NCBI GenBank assembly: GCA_009840575.1
Contig: VXNO01000017.1
Coordinates: 7,497-71,496, forward strand
Direction: 5' to 3'
Source of the DNA: Chloroflexota bacterium
GTDB lineage: Bacteria > Chloroflexota > Anaerolineae > Aggregatilineales > Phototrophicaceae
Length of the DNA stretch: 64,000 bases
Of this stretch, positions 9,803-19,105 are shown piece by piece (within the stretch, counting starts at the first letter, position 1; each line of letters begins with the position of its first letter). The notes beneath the pieces were generated by a model, which was given only the letters and a program-made list of their open reading frames with translations, had not been told where the DNA came from and did no database searches. The translations under genes were made by a program, and so were the position numbers.

Positions 9803-10844
9803 GTCTGCCGCATCCGCCCGACAAGTTGGCGATGTCTTGTTGGAAGTGCGCGACCTCAAGAAGCACTTCCCGATCGAAAAAGGCTTCTTTCGCTCCGTAC
9901 AAGGGCATGTCAAGGCGGTTGACGGCGTCAGCTTTAGCATCCGCGAGGGCGAGACCTTCGGCTTGGTCGGAGAATCGGGCAGTGGCAAGACGACCTTGGG
10001 GCGCTGCGTCGTGCGCGCTATCGAGCCGACGGACGGGCAAATCTTCTTTCGTTTGCCCGCAGGCGAGACGATCGATGTCGCCGCGCTGGATAAAAAGGCG
10101 TTGCGCGCCATTCGCAAACATTTTCACATGATCTTCCAAGACCCCTATTCGTCGCTGGATCCGCGCATGTCGGTACTGCAGATCATCGCCGAGCCCATCC
10201 GCAACAACAAGCTGCTGACCGATTCGCGGGATATACAAGATCGTGTGCGCGAATTGATGGAAGTGGTCGGCTTGGATATCCAGCACCTCAACCGCTATCC
10301 CCACGCTTTTTCGGGCGGGCAGCGGCAGCGCATCGGCATCGCGCGCTCGCTGGCGCCCAACCCACGGCTGATCGTCTGCGATGAAGCCGTCTCGGCGCTG
10401 GATGTGTCGATTCAAGCCCAGATACTCAATCTATTGGAAGACTTGCAGGAAGAGTTCAACCTGACGTTTCTCTTCATCGCCCACGATTTGTCGGTTGTCG
10501 AGCACATATCCGACCGCGTTGGCGTGATGTATGTCGGCAAGCTCGTGGAAATGGCGGAGACCGAGTCGCTCTTCGCCCAGCCCAAACACCCCTACACCGA
10601 AGCCCTGCTTTCGGCTGTGCCCGCCACCGACCCTGAAATCAAGATGGACCGCATCATCCTGCCTGGCGAGGTCGCCAACCCAGCCGACCCGCCCAGTGGC
10701 TGCTATTTTCATCCCCGTTGCCGCTATGCGCAGGCTATCTGCATGACGGACGAGCCACAGTGGAAAGAAGTCGCCCCGCAGCATTTCGCGGCTTGCCACT
10801 TCGCGGAGGAGCTGGAGCTGCGCGGGCTGGCTGAAAGCCGCTGA
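9795..10844 (+). CDS. Opp/Dpp-type ABC transporter ATP-binding protein (DppF/OppF-like)
   Basis: In-frame ATG at 9795 (MPESAAS..) overlaps the upstream stop by 8 nt. The ORF-track start at 9603 would overlap DppD extensively. Walker [10 protein letters not shown], signature [15 protein letters not shown], Walker [13 protein letters not shown]. Confidence 0.9.
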   Translation: MPESAASARQVGDVLLEVRDLKKHFPIEKGFFRSVQGHVKAVDGVSFSIREGETFGLVGESGSGKTTLGRCVVRAIEPTDGQIFFRLPAGETIDVAALDKKALRAIRKHFHMIFQDPYSSLDPRMSVLQIIAEPIRNNKLLTDSRDIQDRVRELMEVVGLDIQHLNRYPHAFSGGQRQRIGIARSLAPNPRLIVCDEAVSALDVSIQAQILNLLEDLQEEFNLTFLFIAHDLSVVEHISDRVGVMYVGKLVEMAETESLFAQPKHPYTEALLSAVPATDPEIKMDRIILPGEVANPADPPSGCYFHPRCRYAQAICMTDEPQWKEVAPQHFAACHFAEELELRGLAESR

Positions 10845-11152
10845 TGGATCTGCTGGCATTATTCGCGCTGGCATCGGCATTGGGCGCGGCTGTCGTGGCT
10901 GGCGTCATCGTCTGGACGAGCGCGCGCGCGGCAAACTCAGCTATCACGCGCCACTTCAAAGCCAGCGAGCACATCCTGGAAACGGGCGAGCCGCCGCCAA
11001 ACTGGCTCACGCAGCGCAAAGACCCGCTGGCGAACCTGGATGAGTTGATCCACTTCTTTGAAAGTTGTCGCTTTTTTGAAGATGAATTTGCGAGAGAACA
11101 ACTTCTCGCGCAACTGGCGGATGTGCGCGAGGACTGGTCGCGGCGCTATTAG
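10844..11152 (+). CDS. Small membrane-anchored hypothetical protein
   Basis: 102 aa with one N-terminal TM helix (LALFALASALGAAVVAGVIVW). Its start overlaps the DppF-like stop by 1 nt (TGATG). No recognisable family. Confidence 0.4.
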   Translation: MDLLALFALASALGAAVVAGVIVWTSARAANSAITRHFKASEHILETGEPPPNWLTQRKDPLANLDELIHFFESCRFFEDEFAREQLLAQLADVREDWSRRY

Positions 11153-11161
11153 GTTTGAGCT

Positions 11162-12952
11162 TCAGGCAAGTTGCACAATTGCCCACATTTCTAGCTCGGG
11201 CACAGTGATGATGGTCGCTTGTGAATCAGCCCGGCAGGCGATTTTGCGCGCCTCAACGCCCGGCGCATATAGCCAGGCATTGGTAAAAGTTCTATTCAGC
11301 AAGCGGCTTTCGAGGCGCAAGTCAAAGTCGCGCGCAGGTTTGTACTTGTCTGTATCAAAGTCATAATTGGCATTCAGCAAGTGGCAGACGATAGTCGCGC
11401 CTTTATCGCCGGGTTTGTAGCGTGGCAGGGCAGAAATGTTGACAGCGCCAGTGATTTCAATGTCTGTATCGAGCTGCGAAAGCAAGTCTTCCGGCTCAGA
11501 GTAGGTCAGCAATTTCTCGCCAGCGCTGCGCAATTTTTCTTCCTGCCGCGCATTCAAGCCGGTCTGTTTGAAGCGCACAATAGCGCGATAAGCCGTCAGA
11601 TCCGCATTCAGTAAGCGATCGGCGACCCAGTCATCACCCGCTACCAACAAGCGGAAGGGGATGTTGGCACGGCTGAGCGACAGACAGGCTTCAACCAATT
11701 GCGTCTGCGGGGCGCTGCGATTTTGGCCGCCGAGATGCTCCTGGTTTAAGCGCTCGGACAGATATTGACGCACGGCATTGTTGCTGAAAACAAGCGCGAC
11801 GGGAGCAAGCGCTTCGTAATCATCGAATAGCTGGGGATACTCGCGCACAAAATGGTAGAGTTCGGTGTAATCATGGGTATCGGCATAATACCAGCGGTCG
11901 GCTTCACCCGGGCTGCGCAAAGTCCACATTTTGTCGGGCACCATGAAGACATGTCCGTGCGCGTAGGCTTGGGCGATCCACAAACAGATGTGGCCCGGGC
12001 GCGGCTGCAAACGATAGGGTTCGAAGGCGCTTGGCACACCGGTAATCGCGATCAACTTATCCAATGCGTCAGCCAGCTTGAATGTATAGATCGGCTCGCT
12101 CGGCAAAATCTCGTCTTCCGGCGGCTTGTATTGCATCTCAGTGGTGTAAAAGTCGTGCGCATCAACGGCATACATGAATTCCGCCCAGAAAAAAGGGGAG
12201 TTAGAGCTCATCGGCACATGCTCGCCGTATGTCTGCGCAACGCGTTTGAACGCTCGAAATAATGTGTTGACTTCGCGCCATTGAAAGTCAAAATAGGCAT
12301 TCGCCAAGGGCAGAGTCGGTGGAAAAGCCAGGATCTCAGCACGATAACGTTGGTCGGTGATGCCGCGCATACGCAAAAACTCGCCATAATCGAAGCAGTC
12401 GATATCTTGTATGCCCGCCAACTGCAACTGTTCCGGTGACATCGTCTCGCGCAGGAATTCTCGGAAACGGACCATGCAGTGCTGGCAGAAGCAGCCGCCA
12501 TAACGCGCATTCAACGTCCCGATGGTCGGGATAGCTGAGTCGATCATGAGCCAGTCTGTGCCAGCCGACATCACCCGTTGCAGTTGATAAAACAGATAAT
12601 GACGATAGCCTGGCGCATTGGTGCAATAGTGATAGGCTGGGTGCCCTTTATAAGTGTGCGTCCACCAGGTTATTGCCGGACGGTTGTCCAGGTCACGCAC
12701 GGTCGACTCCATAAAATTGGAATCAAAGTCAATCATACCCATCCAGTCAGCGTCCAGCTCAACACGGCCTTGAAACTTGACGCCGCAACGATGCGCTTCG
12801 TCGACATCACGCATCATCTCTTCGTCAGGTGGCAAACCGCGCCGATCCGGTTCTGGCAGGAAACCCCAGCCTAACCCGGTCGCGCGATAGCGGCGATAGA
12901 CTTCCATGCTACAGGGGCGCGTTATCAATACATCCGAACGTTTCAAGGTCAT
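11162..12952 (-). CDS. GH42-like (clan GH-A) glycoside hydrolase candidate
   Basis: Start taken at MTLKRS.. (12952), 14 nt after the sulfatase stop. The Cys cluster ..GGCFCQHCMVRFREFLRE.. resembles the Zn-binding C-x-C-x2-C + FREWL motif of GH42 beta-galactosidases. The C-terminal part is consistent with a trimerisation-like domain. No signal peptide. Confidence 0.45.
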   Translation of the reverse strand: MTLKRSDVLITRPCSMEVYRRYRATGLGWGFLPEPDRRGLPPDEEMMRDVDEAHRCGVKFQGRVELDADWMGMIDFDSNFMESTVRDLDNRPAITWWTHTYKGHPAYHYCTNAPGYRHYLFYQLQRVMSAGTDWLMIDSAIPTIGTLNARYGGCFCQHCMVRFREFLRETMSPEQLQLAGIQDIDCFDYGEFLRMRGITDQRYRAEILAFPPTLPLANAYFDFQWREVNTLFRAFKRVAQTYGEHVPMSSNSPFFWAEFMYAVDAHDFYTTEMQYKPPEDEILPSEPIYTFKLADALDKLIAITGVPSAFEPYRLQPRPGHICLWIAQAYAHGHVFMVPDKMWTLRSPGEADRWYYADTHDYTELYHFVREYPQLFDDYEALAPVALVFSNNAVRQYLSERLNQEHLGGQNRSAPQTQLVEACLSLSRANIPFRLLVAGDDWVADRLLNADLTAYRAIVRFKQTGLNARQEEKLRSAGEKLLTYSEPEDLLSQLDTDIEITGAVNISALPRYKPGDKGATIVCHLLNANYDFDTDKYKPARDFDLRLESRLLNRTFTNAWLYAPGVEARKIACRADSQATIITVPELEMWAIVQLA

Positions 12953-12965
12953 CGTTGGCGCTCCA

Positions 12966-14612
12966 TTATTTGCCCAGCTTCTCCGCATAAACATAATAGG
13001 TGCCGCGTTCACGACCGCCAGCCGCATCAGTCAGCCAAGTCTGCAGCTTGACTTCGCCAATCGGCAAATCCAGCCGAAAGGCCACTGCCGTATCGCCAAC
13101 CAAAACAGGCTTTTCGATTGTCTTTTCGCCCACTTGCAGACGCGCGGTTGAGGCTTGCATGGCGCGATCCGCTTCGCGTGGATGCGCCCGCAATTCGATG
13201 CGATAGCTGCCCGCCCGCGAGATATCGACCAGCCACCAGCCATTAGAATCGTAGGCAGGGTCGTCTAGCGCAGCTTGCAGCCAAGGGACTCTGCCCGAGG
13301 TGGGATGCCAGTCACGCGCCGAAAGCAGCACGGGGTTTTCGTGCCGCGTGCCAACCGGGACCGCTATTGTGCTGGCGAACACGTTTTGCAGGCTTTGCCA
13401 CCAAGCTTCGTAGTCACTGCGCAGATCTGCGACGATCTGTGTATGCGCCGCCGCCACATCGCGCTGTTGCGCCGGGTCGCTGCCGATATCGGTTAATTCG
13501 CTGCCGTTGATCAGCCGCCATCTCTCGTTCAGCACAACGCAATGATGCCACTTCTGCGGCGTATCCGGCTGCAACTGTAGGACCAAGGACCGATGCGGCA
13601 AATTGCAATCCGCGCCGAGCAGCAGATTCTTCAGGCTGATGCCGTCAAAAGGCCTGTCGCTTTCTAAACCACACAGGTCAAGCAAGGTCGGCAGCACATC
13701 GATATGGGCCGTCGGCCCTGGCAATTTGCGCCCGGCTGGAATAGTTCCCTGCCAGCGCCAGAAGCAGTTGACACGATGTCCGCCTTCGTAGACTGAGCCT
13801 TTTATACCGCGCATGCCCGCGTTGTAACCGCTATTCGCCGCGGCGTCCCAGCCAGCTGCCGTGCCATGGTCGGAGGTAAAGAGGACAATTGTGTTTTCGT
13901 CCAGCTCCAGCGCATGCAGATGCTCCAGCAACCGTCCCATATTCTCGTCGAAGTTGGCGATCATGCCGTAGAAATTGGCGCGTTTTTCTGGCATCTCCAA
14001 TTCGCGGTAGGGCGCGGCATATCGCTGCGGCGCGATGAAAGGCGAGTGCATGGCATTGGTGGACAGGTAAACAAAGAAGGGCTGGTGGCTGTGGCGGGAG
14101 ATAAAGTCCTGCGCGGCCGCAAAGAAAACATCCGTGCAATAGCCGGCGCATTGCATGGGCGAGCCATCCCGAAAATAGACATCGTCAAAATAGTTGTTTC
14201 CCCAATAATCGGGCAGCTCGCCCACGCCGCCGCCACGATGGCAGAGCGTTTCGTCAAAGCCGCGATAGTGCGGAGCAAAAGGATAATTGTCGCCCAGGTG
14301 CCACTTGCCGAACATGCCAGTGCGATAGCCACTATTGGCGAAACACTCGGCCGCGGTCACAGCGTCTGGATGCAGCAGGTGCCGGCCTTGGATGACATGC
14401 CAGACACCGTTGCGCGCCGCGTATTGTCCCGTCAGCAGCGCAGCGCGCGATGGCGAACACAGCGGGTCGTGGTGATGATCGTCCAACTGGGCGCTTTGGC
14501 TGGCTAAGCGGTCGAGGTGGGGTGTATTGAGGTGGGGATTGCCGTGGCAGCCGATATCGCCGTAGCCTTGGTCATCGGTGATGACGAAGACGACATTGGG
14601 CGCTTTAGGCAT
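12966..14612 (-). CDS. S1-family sulfatase (formylglycine-dependent), no signal peptide
   Basis: ..VVFVITDDQGYGD.. and the formylglycine motif ..LCSPSRAALLTGQ.. The N-terminus MPKAPNVVFV.. starts directly at the catalytic domain. Confidence 0.9.
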   Translation of the reverse strand: MPKAPNVVFVITDDQGYGDIGCHGNPHLNTPHLDRLASQSAQLDDHHHDPLCSPSRAALLTGQYAARNGVWHVIQGRHLLHPDAVTAAECFANSGYRTGMFGKWHLGDNYPFAPHYRGFDETLCHRGGGVGELPDYWGNNYFDDVYFRDGSPMQCAGYCTDVFFAAAQDFISRHSHQPFFVYLSTNAMHSPFIAPQRYAAPYRELEMPEKRANFYGMIANFDENMGRLLEHLHALELDENTIVLFTSDHGTAAGWDAAANSGYNAGMRGIKGSVYEGGHRVNCFWRWQGTIPAGRKLPGPTAHIDVLPTLLDLCGLESDRPFDGISLKNLLLGADCNLPHRSLVLQLQPDTPQKWHHCVVLNERWRLINGSELTDIGSDPAQQRDVAAAHTQIVADLRSDYEAWWQSLQNVFASTIAVPVGTRHENPVLLSARDWHPTSGRVPWLQAALDDPAYDSNGWWLVDISRAGSYRIELRAHPREADRAMQASTARLQVGEKTIEKPVLVGDTAVAFRLDLPIGEVKLQTWLTDAAGGRERGTYYVYAEKLGK

Positions 14613-15732
14613 CGTGCCCGTCTTTGCCTGTGGGCAACCCTTCGCGTTCCCAGCGGATGATGAAATCCCAAGGCTCGTCTATTTGGCTCAGCCCCAGCGG
14701 GTCGCGCCCCTGCCAGGCCAGGTGGGCGCTGTAGGTCGTCACATGGCTCAGCCCCCAACTCAAGCCGGACAAAGGCTCGCTGTTGTCGCTGGCTGGCACC
14801 CGCAGCGCGCCAGTGGCTTGGGGCGGCGCGATGATGGTCGACATCGGCTGGAAGTTGATGCCGTCTTGCGCGAACTGGATGGTATTTTTCTCGGGACCGC
14901 AGCGAGTCAGCAGCGCGCCCACGCCGCCCGCGTACTCCCAGACCATGACCTCGTGCCCGCTGTTGGTGATGGGGTTGAAGGGCGACTTGATATACGGGCC
15001 CAGCGCGTCATCAGCGTGCGCCACCCCCCACTTGCTTTCCATATTGCTGTGGCCGATGCCCTCGCCCTTGAAATAGAGCCAATAACGCCCCTCGCGGAAG
15101 AGCAGCGCCGGGTCGTGCACGCGCAGGCTGTCGAAGCTGCCGATGACTGTCGCCGCTTCGGGATGCGCCCGCTCATCGACTTCGCCGGATGGGTCAGGCT
15201 CGACGACCGGCGCGGGGCTTTTTGTCCAGGGTCCATGCGGCGAATCCGCCCAGGCGATAGCGATTGATTCAGGCGTGCAGCGATACGAAGGCGCGGTCGT
15301 TACCTGATAGACAAGGTAATAGCGACCGTCATGCGCCAGCACATCGGGGGTGAAGACGCTGCGTTCGTCATAGCTGCCGGCGGGACCGCGCGTAACAGCG
15401 GGGCCCTGCTCTTGCCAGTTGTGCCCATCGCGAGAGGTGGCATACCAAACATCGCACAAATCCCAGGCGACGGCAGGGATAGTCTCGCTGGCATGATCAT
15501 GTCCAACCGGGACGCAAGGGTGCGCGCCGCGCGTATACCAGACGAAGTATGTGCCATCGACCTGGATGATGCAGCTGGGGTCGCGCCGCACGATACCGCC
15601 TTCATAGCCCAGCCCCGAAACCAACTGGTAGCGAAAGCGCGTGAACCAGGGATTGTGGCGGTCGGGCTGATACCGCGCTGTGGCTGCGCTGACTGGCATG
15701 GGCGCGCCTCCAGAAGAGGAAATGGGAGCCAA
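14605..15732 (-). CDS. GH117-like glycoside hydrolase (alpha-1,3-(3,6-anhydro)-L-galactosidase family)
   Basis: Motifs shared with characterised GH117 enzymes: RRDPS, YFVWYT, WDLCDVWYATSRDG, VFTPDVL, YYLVYQ, VHDP, WLYFKGE, NPITNSGHEV, GPEKNTIQFAQDGINF, WGLSH. Its stop overlaps the sulfatase start by 8 nt. Confidence 0.8.
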   Translation of the reverse strand: MAPISSSGGAPMPVSAATARYQPDRHNPWFTRFRYQLVSGLGYEGGIVRRDPSCIIQVDGTYFVWYTRGAHPCVPVGHDHASETIPAVAWDLCDVWYATSRDGHNWQEQGPAVTRGPAGSYDERSVFTPDVLAHDGRYYLVYQVTTAPSYRCTPESIAIAWADSPHGPWTKSPAPVVEPDPSGEVDERAHPEAATVIGSFDSLRVHDPALLFREGRYWLYFKGEGIGHSNMESKWGVAHADDALGPYIKSPFNPITNSGHEVMVWEYAGGVGALLTRCGPEKNTIQFAQDGINFQPMSTIIAPPQATGALRVPASDNSEPLSGLSWGLSHVTTYSAHLAWQGRDPLGLSQIDEPWDFIIRWEREGLPTGKDGHDA

Positions 15733-15773
15733 TCGTCAAGACCAGCTCCCGCTGCCAGGAAGGTCGAGGTCAG

Positions 15774-17786
15774 CTAGTTGCTACCGCCTTCGAAGTACCA
15801 TTGTTCGGGCAAGAACAAGACCCACTGGCGGTAAGTCCAGCTCCATTGTCCAGTCGTGTCATTGGGCGGGGTGTTCTTCAAGTTCTTCTTGAAGAGCAAG
15901 GGTTGTGGCGGTCGTTGGATTGTACCAATCTGATACAAACCGCCCATCGACATGTTATAGAACTCCTTGCCCAGCGCCAGCCATTCATCAGACCCATAGG
16001 CAGAATCGAGGAATGCCTCGCCGGTTGCCCACAAATCTTTAATCTCCTGCGGCGGCTCTTCGCCTGCTTCGCCATCGGATTGCATCCATTGACGCCACAA
16101 GTGTCCTGAAGCGCGCGCGCCCCAATGCGGACGCATATTCGCCAGACTATTGGCTACCTCGCCGATATCCAACATATCGGTGCCCCAGGCTGCCATATCC
16201 ACCCCGTTGCTATCGCGCAATTCACGATACAAGCCGATTTCAATGAGCTTGTATTGTGTCTTTACGCCGACTTCGTTCCAGTAATCGGCGATCAGCTCGC
16301 CGATCCTGCGCCATGAATCTTCGGGCACAGACACCTGGAAGTTGATAAATAGCGTTTCGCCATCGGGACGCAGTCGGAAACCATCGCTATCTCGCTGGTC
16401 CAAACCCATTTCATCCAGAAGCTGGTTCGCCAGGTCAGGGTCATATTGCGCGTAATGACCGGGCATCCAATCTTCATAGAAGAGCGAAGTGGGAACAGGC
16501 GCATTCTGCGAAGCATTGGCTAAGCCGAAGTAAATAAGCTCGTTGATCTCTTCGCGGTTGATCGCCACCGACATAGCCTGGCGGAAGCGCATATCCCAGA
16601 AGATATCGCGCAAGGGCAGGTTTTCGGTCGTGAAATTGAACATGATCGAATACTCATTGCCACGGCTGTATTCAGCAGTCGCCGTGCGGTATCCGCCAGC
16701 TTCTTCATTTTCACGGTAGGTGGGATAGCTCAACAACGTGCCCCAGCCGTAATGCGAGTACTCTCCAGCAAGCGCTTTGAGGTCTTGGATTTGCAGATCT
16801 TCCACCAGGATGCGACGCAAGGTATCCGTATAGGGCAGTTGGTTGCCGGCTGGATCCACTTTGAAGAAGTAGGGATTGCGCACATAATGCTTGTTGCCCA
16901 AGCTGTCTTCGCTTTCGAAGACGAAGGTGTTGAGGGTTGGCGCGTAGGCATCCGTCTCCGAGCCCAGGTTCCAGGTGAAGTTGTAGGGGCTCATCTTGGC
17001 GTTGAACATCTGCACCCAGCCCTCAAAGCCGTTTTCTTCAGCCAGCGCGTTGGCATCCGGGTTGTAATCGAGATGAAACTGCTTGAAGTAATGCGCCGGG
17101 CGGAAACCACGATTGCCGACCTCGCTGCCCAGCGCAATCATCAACGTGGGGCGAGCCTTGGCATAGGTATAGCGCACCGTAGTCGCATCGATAATCTCAA
17201 ACTGCGGCAACTCGCCATCAACAGCCCAGGGACCGCCAGGCGATGGCGTGATGTCGCTATTGCCCAAGATGTCTTCTATGTAGAAGCGGAAGTCTTCGGC
17301 AGTGAATGGTTCGCCATCTGACCAGCGATGACCTTCGCGCAGGTGAAAAGTGAAGACCGTTTGGTCTTCGGAAACTTCAAAGTCACGGGCGACGTTAGGG
17401 ATGATTGTGGCCAGGTCAGTATCGATAGTGAAGAGTTTCTGCAAGCGCATCTCCAGCACATCCCATCCGCAGCAGACGGGGTTGGTTGAAGGACCAGCCA
17501 GCTCGCCGCCATATTCGCCGATTTGTTCCAGCGGCTGGACGACGGCTGGCTGCGCGGGCAAGCGCTCTTCGACAGGCGGCAGCTCACCCGCGGCGACCAT
17601 CTCCGCCAGCATCGGCGCTTCGCCCCACATGTCGATGCTGTTGCCGGTGGCGGCGCTGTAGGCATCCAGGTCGGCATACTGGAATGGATAGACCAACTGC
17701 CCCTCGTGCATGGCTTGCCCAAAAACGGCAGCCGGCAGCAAGACCAATGCCAGGATCGTTAGCAGTACAAATTGATTTCGCTTCAT
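15774..17786 (-). CDS. Family-5 (Opp/Dpp-type) ABC substrate-binding protein, probable oligosaccharide binder
   Basis: Start at MKRNQFVLLTILALVLLPAAVFG (ATG 17786), preceded by GAGGAG. It has a signal peptide. The large SBP_bac_5-like body and locus context argue for a sugar rather than peptide ligand. Confidence 0.8.
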   Translation of the reverse strand: MKRNQFVLLTILALVLLPAAVFGQAMHEGQLVYPFQYADLDAYSAATGNSIDMWGEAPMLAEMVAAGELPPVEERLPAQPAVVQPLEQIGEYGGELAGPSTNPVCCGWDVLEMRLQKLFTIDTDLATIIPNVARDFEVSEDQTVFTFHLREGHRWSDGEPFTAEDFRFYIEDILGNSDITPSPGGPWAVDGELPQFEIIDATTVRYTYAKARPTLMIALGSEVGNRGFRPAHYFKQFHLDYNPDANALAEENGFEGWVQMFNAKMSPYNFTWNLGSETDAYAPTLNTFVFESEDSLGNKHYVRNPYFFKVDPAGNQLPYTDTLRRILVEDLQIQDLKALAGEYSHYGWGTLLSYPTYRENEEAGGYRTATAEYSRGNEYSIMFNFTTENLPLRDIFWDMRFRQAMSVAINREEINELIYFGLANASQNAPVPTSLFYEDWMPGHYAQYDPDLANQLLDEMGLDQRDSDGFRLRPDGETLFINFQVSVPEDSWRRIGELIADYWNEVGVKTQYKLIEIGLYRELRDSNGVDMAAWGTDMLDIGEVANSLANMRPHWGARASGHLWRQWMQSDGEAGEEPPQEIKDLWATGEAFLDSAYGSDEWLALGKEFYNMSMGGLYQIGTIQRPPQPLLFKKNLKNTPPNDTTGQWSWTYRQWVLFLPEQWYFEGGSN

Positions 17787-17847
17787 GTTTATGCTCCTCT
17801 CAAAGCGTTGCACAGCAATGTTTACTCGGAAAATTGGCTACCGTCAT

Positions 17848-18975
17848 TTAGCCTCCTTTCACCTCGAACTCACGCAGTTTGTCCCACTCAAATTGCACAC
17901 CGTGGCCTGGCTCATCGCCGGCGCGCATGATGCCGTCTTTCAATTGCGGCGGATTCTTGATGAAGCGCTCCAAGCCGAAGCTGTGCACTTCCAGGAGCGA
18001 CGGATTGGGGATAGCCGCCAACAACTGCAAGTGCAGCTCATGCACGCCGTGCGAGGTTACGGGCAGGTTGTGCGCATAAGCCAGCCGCGCCACGCGCAGC
18101 CAGTTGGTGATGCCGCCAATGTTGGATACATCCGGCTCGGCAAAGGCGATGCCGGCCTCCAGCGTGTGGCGGAATTCGTAGATGGTGCGCAGGTTTTCAC
18201 CCGCGGCAATGGGCAAGCCGCCTTCGCGGGCGATGCGCCTCAAGCCGGCATAATCGTCGGGGATGGTCGGCTCTTCCAGCCAGTAGACATCGTAGTCGCG
18301 GAAGCTGCGTGCCGCGCGGATGGCTTGCTCGGTCGTCCAGCGCATATTGGCATCGACCATCAGCGGCAGGTCGGGACCCAAAAAGTCGCGCACTGCCCGC
18401 AGCCGGGCGATATCTTCGGACAGCTTGTCGCGCCCCACTTTGATTTTGATGGCGCGGAAGCCGGCTGCGAGGTTGCAGCGCATCTGCTCAACGAGTTCGT
18501 CTGGCCCCAGCTGCAAATCAATGCCGCCGGCATAAGCGCGCGCCTGCCCGGAGTAACCGCCCAGCAGCTTCCACAGCGGCTGCCCCTGGCTGCGCGCCAG
18601 CAGATCCCACAAGGCGGTATCGACCGCCGACATGGCGAAAGCGACCAGCCCGCCCCGTCCGACATAATGCAGGCAGCGCCACATGCGCTCCCAGATCTGC
18701 TCGATACGGCTGGCGTCCGCGCCCAGCAGCAGCGTCTTGATGTCGCGCTGGATCAAGGAGCGGATGGCCGCCCCGCCCCGCCCAATCGTATAGGTATAGC
18801 CGATGCCGCTGCGCCCGCAGTCGCTCTCCAGGCACACAGCCACGACTTCAAACTCAGTATGCACGCCATGGGTGGCATCGGTCATGGGATGACTGAGCGG
18901 CAATACAAAGTGCCGCGTTTCGATGCCAGCAATACGCAGTGGCGCGTTCATCGAAGAATTTGCAGAAGCTAACAT
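17848..18975 (-). CDS. Enolase-superfamily (mandelate racemase/muconate lactonising) enzyme, candidate 3,6-anhydrogalactonate cycloisomerase
   Basis: ..FRAIKIKVGRD.. (KxK), ..LMVDANMRW.., ..YWLEEP.., ..AAGENL.. metal-ligand motifs. Start taken at MLASANSS.. (18975), alternative at 18951. The ORF-track start at 19092 would run through the promoter region. Confidence 0.8.
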   Translation of the reverse strand: MLASANSSMNAPLRIAGIETRHFVLPLSHPMTDATHGVHTEFEVVAVCLESDCGRSGIGYTYTIGRGGAAIRSLIQRDIKTLLLGADASRIEQIWERMWRCLHYVGRGGLVAFAMSAVDTALWDLLARSQGQPLWKLLGGYSGQARAYAGGIDLQLGPDELVEQMRCNLAAGFRAIKIKVGRDKLSEDIARLRAVRDFLGPDLPLMVDANMRWTTEQAIRAARSFRDYDVYWLEEPTIPDDYAGLRRIAREGGLPIAAGENLRTIYEFRHTLEAGIAFAEPDVSNIGGITNWLRVARLAYAHNLPVTSHGVHELHLQLLAAIPNPSLLEVHSFGLERFIKNPPQLKDGIMRAGDEPGHGVQFEWDKLREFEVKGG

Positions 18976-18981
18976 AACAAA

Positions 18982-19049
18982 GTGATAATCGATTACTGAC
19001 AAATTGTCAAGTGTACATTGTTGACAATCTGCAATCTCGCCGCTACAAT
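18982..19049. promoter_or_regulatory. Back-to-back divergent consensus promoters with operator palindromes
   Basis: Plus strand: TTGACA (19021-19026), 17 nt, TACAAT (19044-19049). Minus strand: TTGACA (complement of 19005-19010), 17 nt, TATCAC (complement of 18982-18987). Palindromes TGACAA-A-TTGTCA (18997-19009) and ATTGTTGACAAT (19017-19028) overlap the two -35 boxes. Confidence 0.65.
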
Positions 19050-19105
19050 GCGAGCATGGTTCATCGGAAAAATATGATAGCAGCAGAGGCAAAGGTCACA
19101 GGCGC

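Noticed and set aside
17785-18972. 395-aa ORF on the plus strand
   Set aside because: It is entirely antisense to the well-supported enolase-superfamily gene and has a low-complexity Ala/Gly/Arg/Gln-rich translation with no motifs. This is the typical shadow ORF of a high-GC gene.
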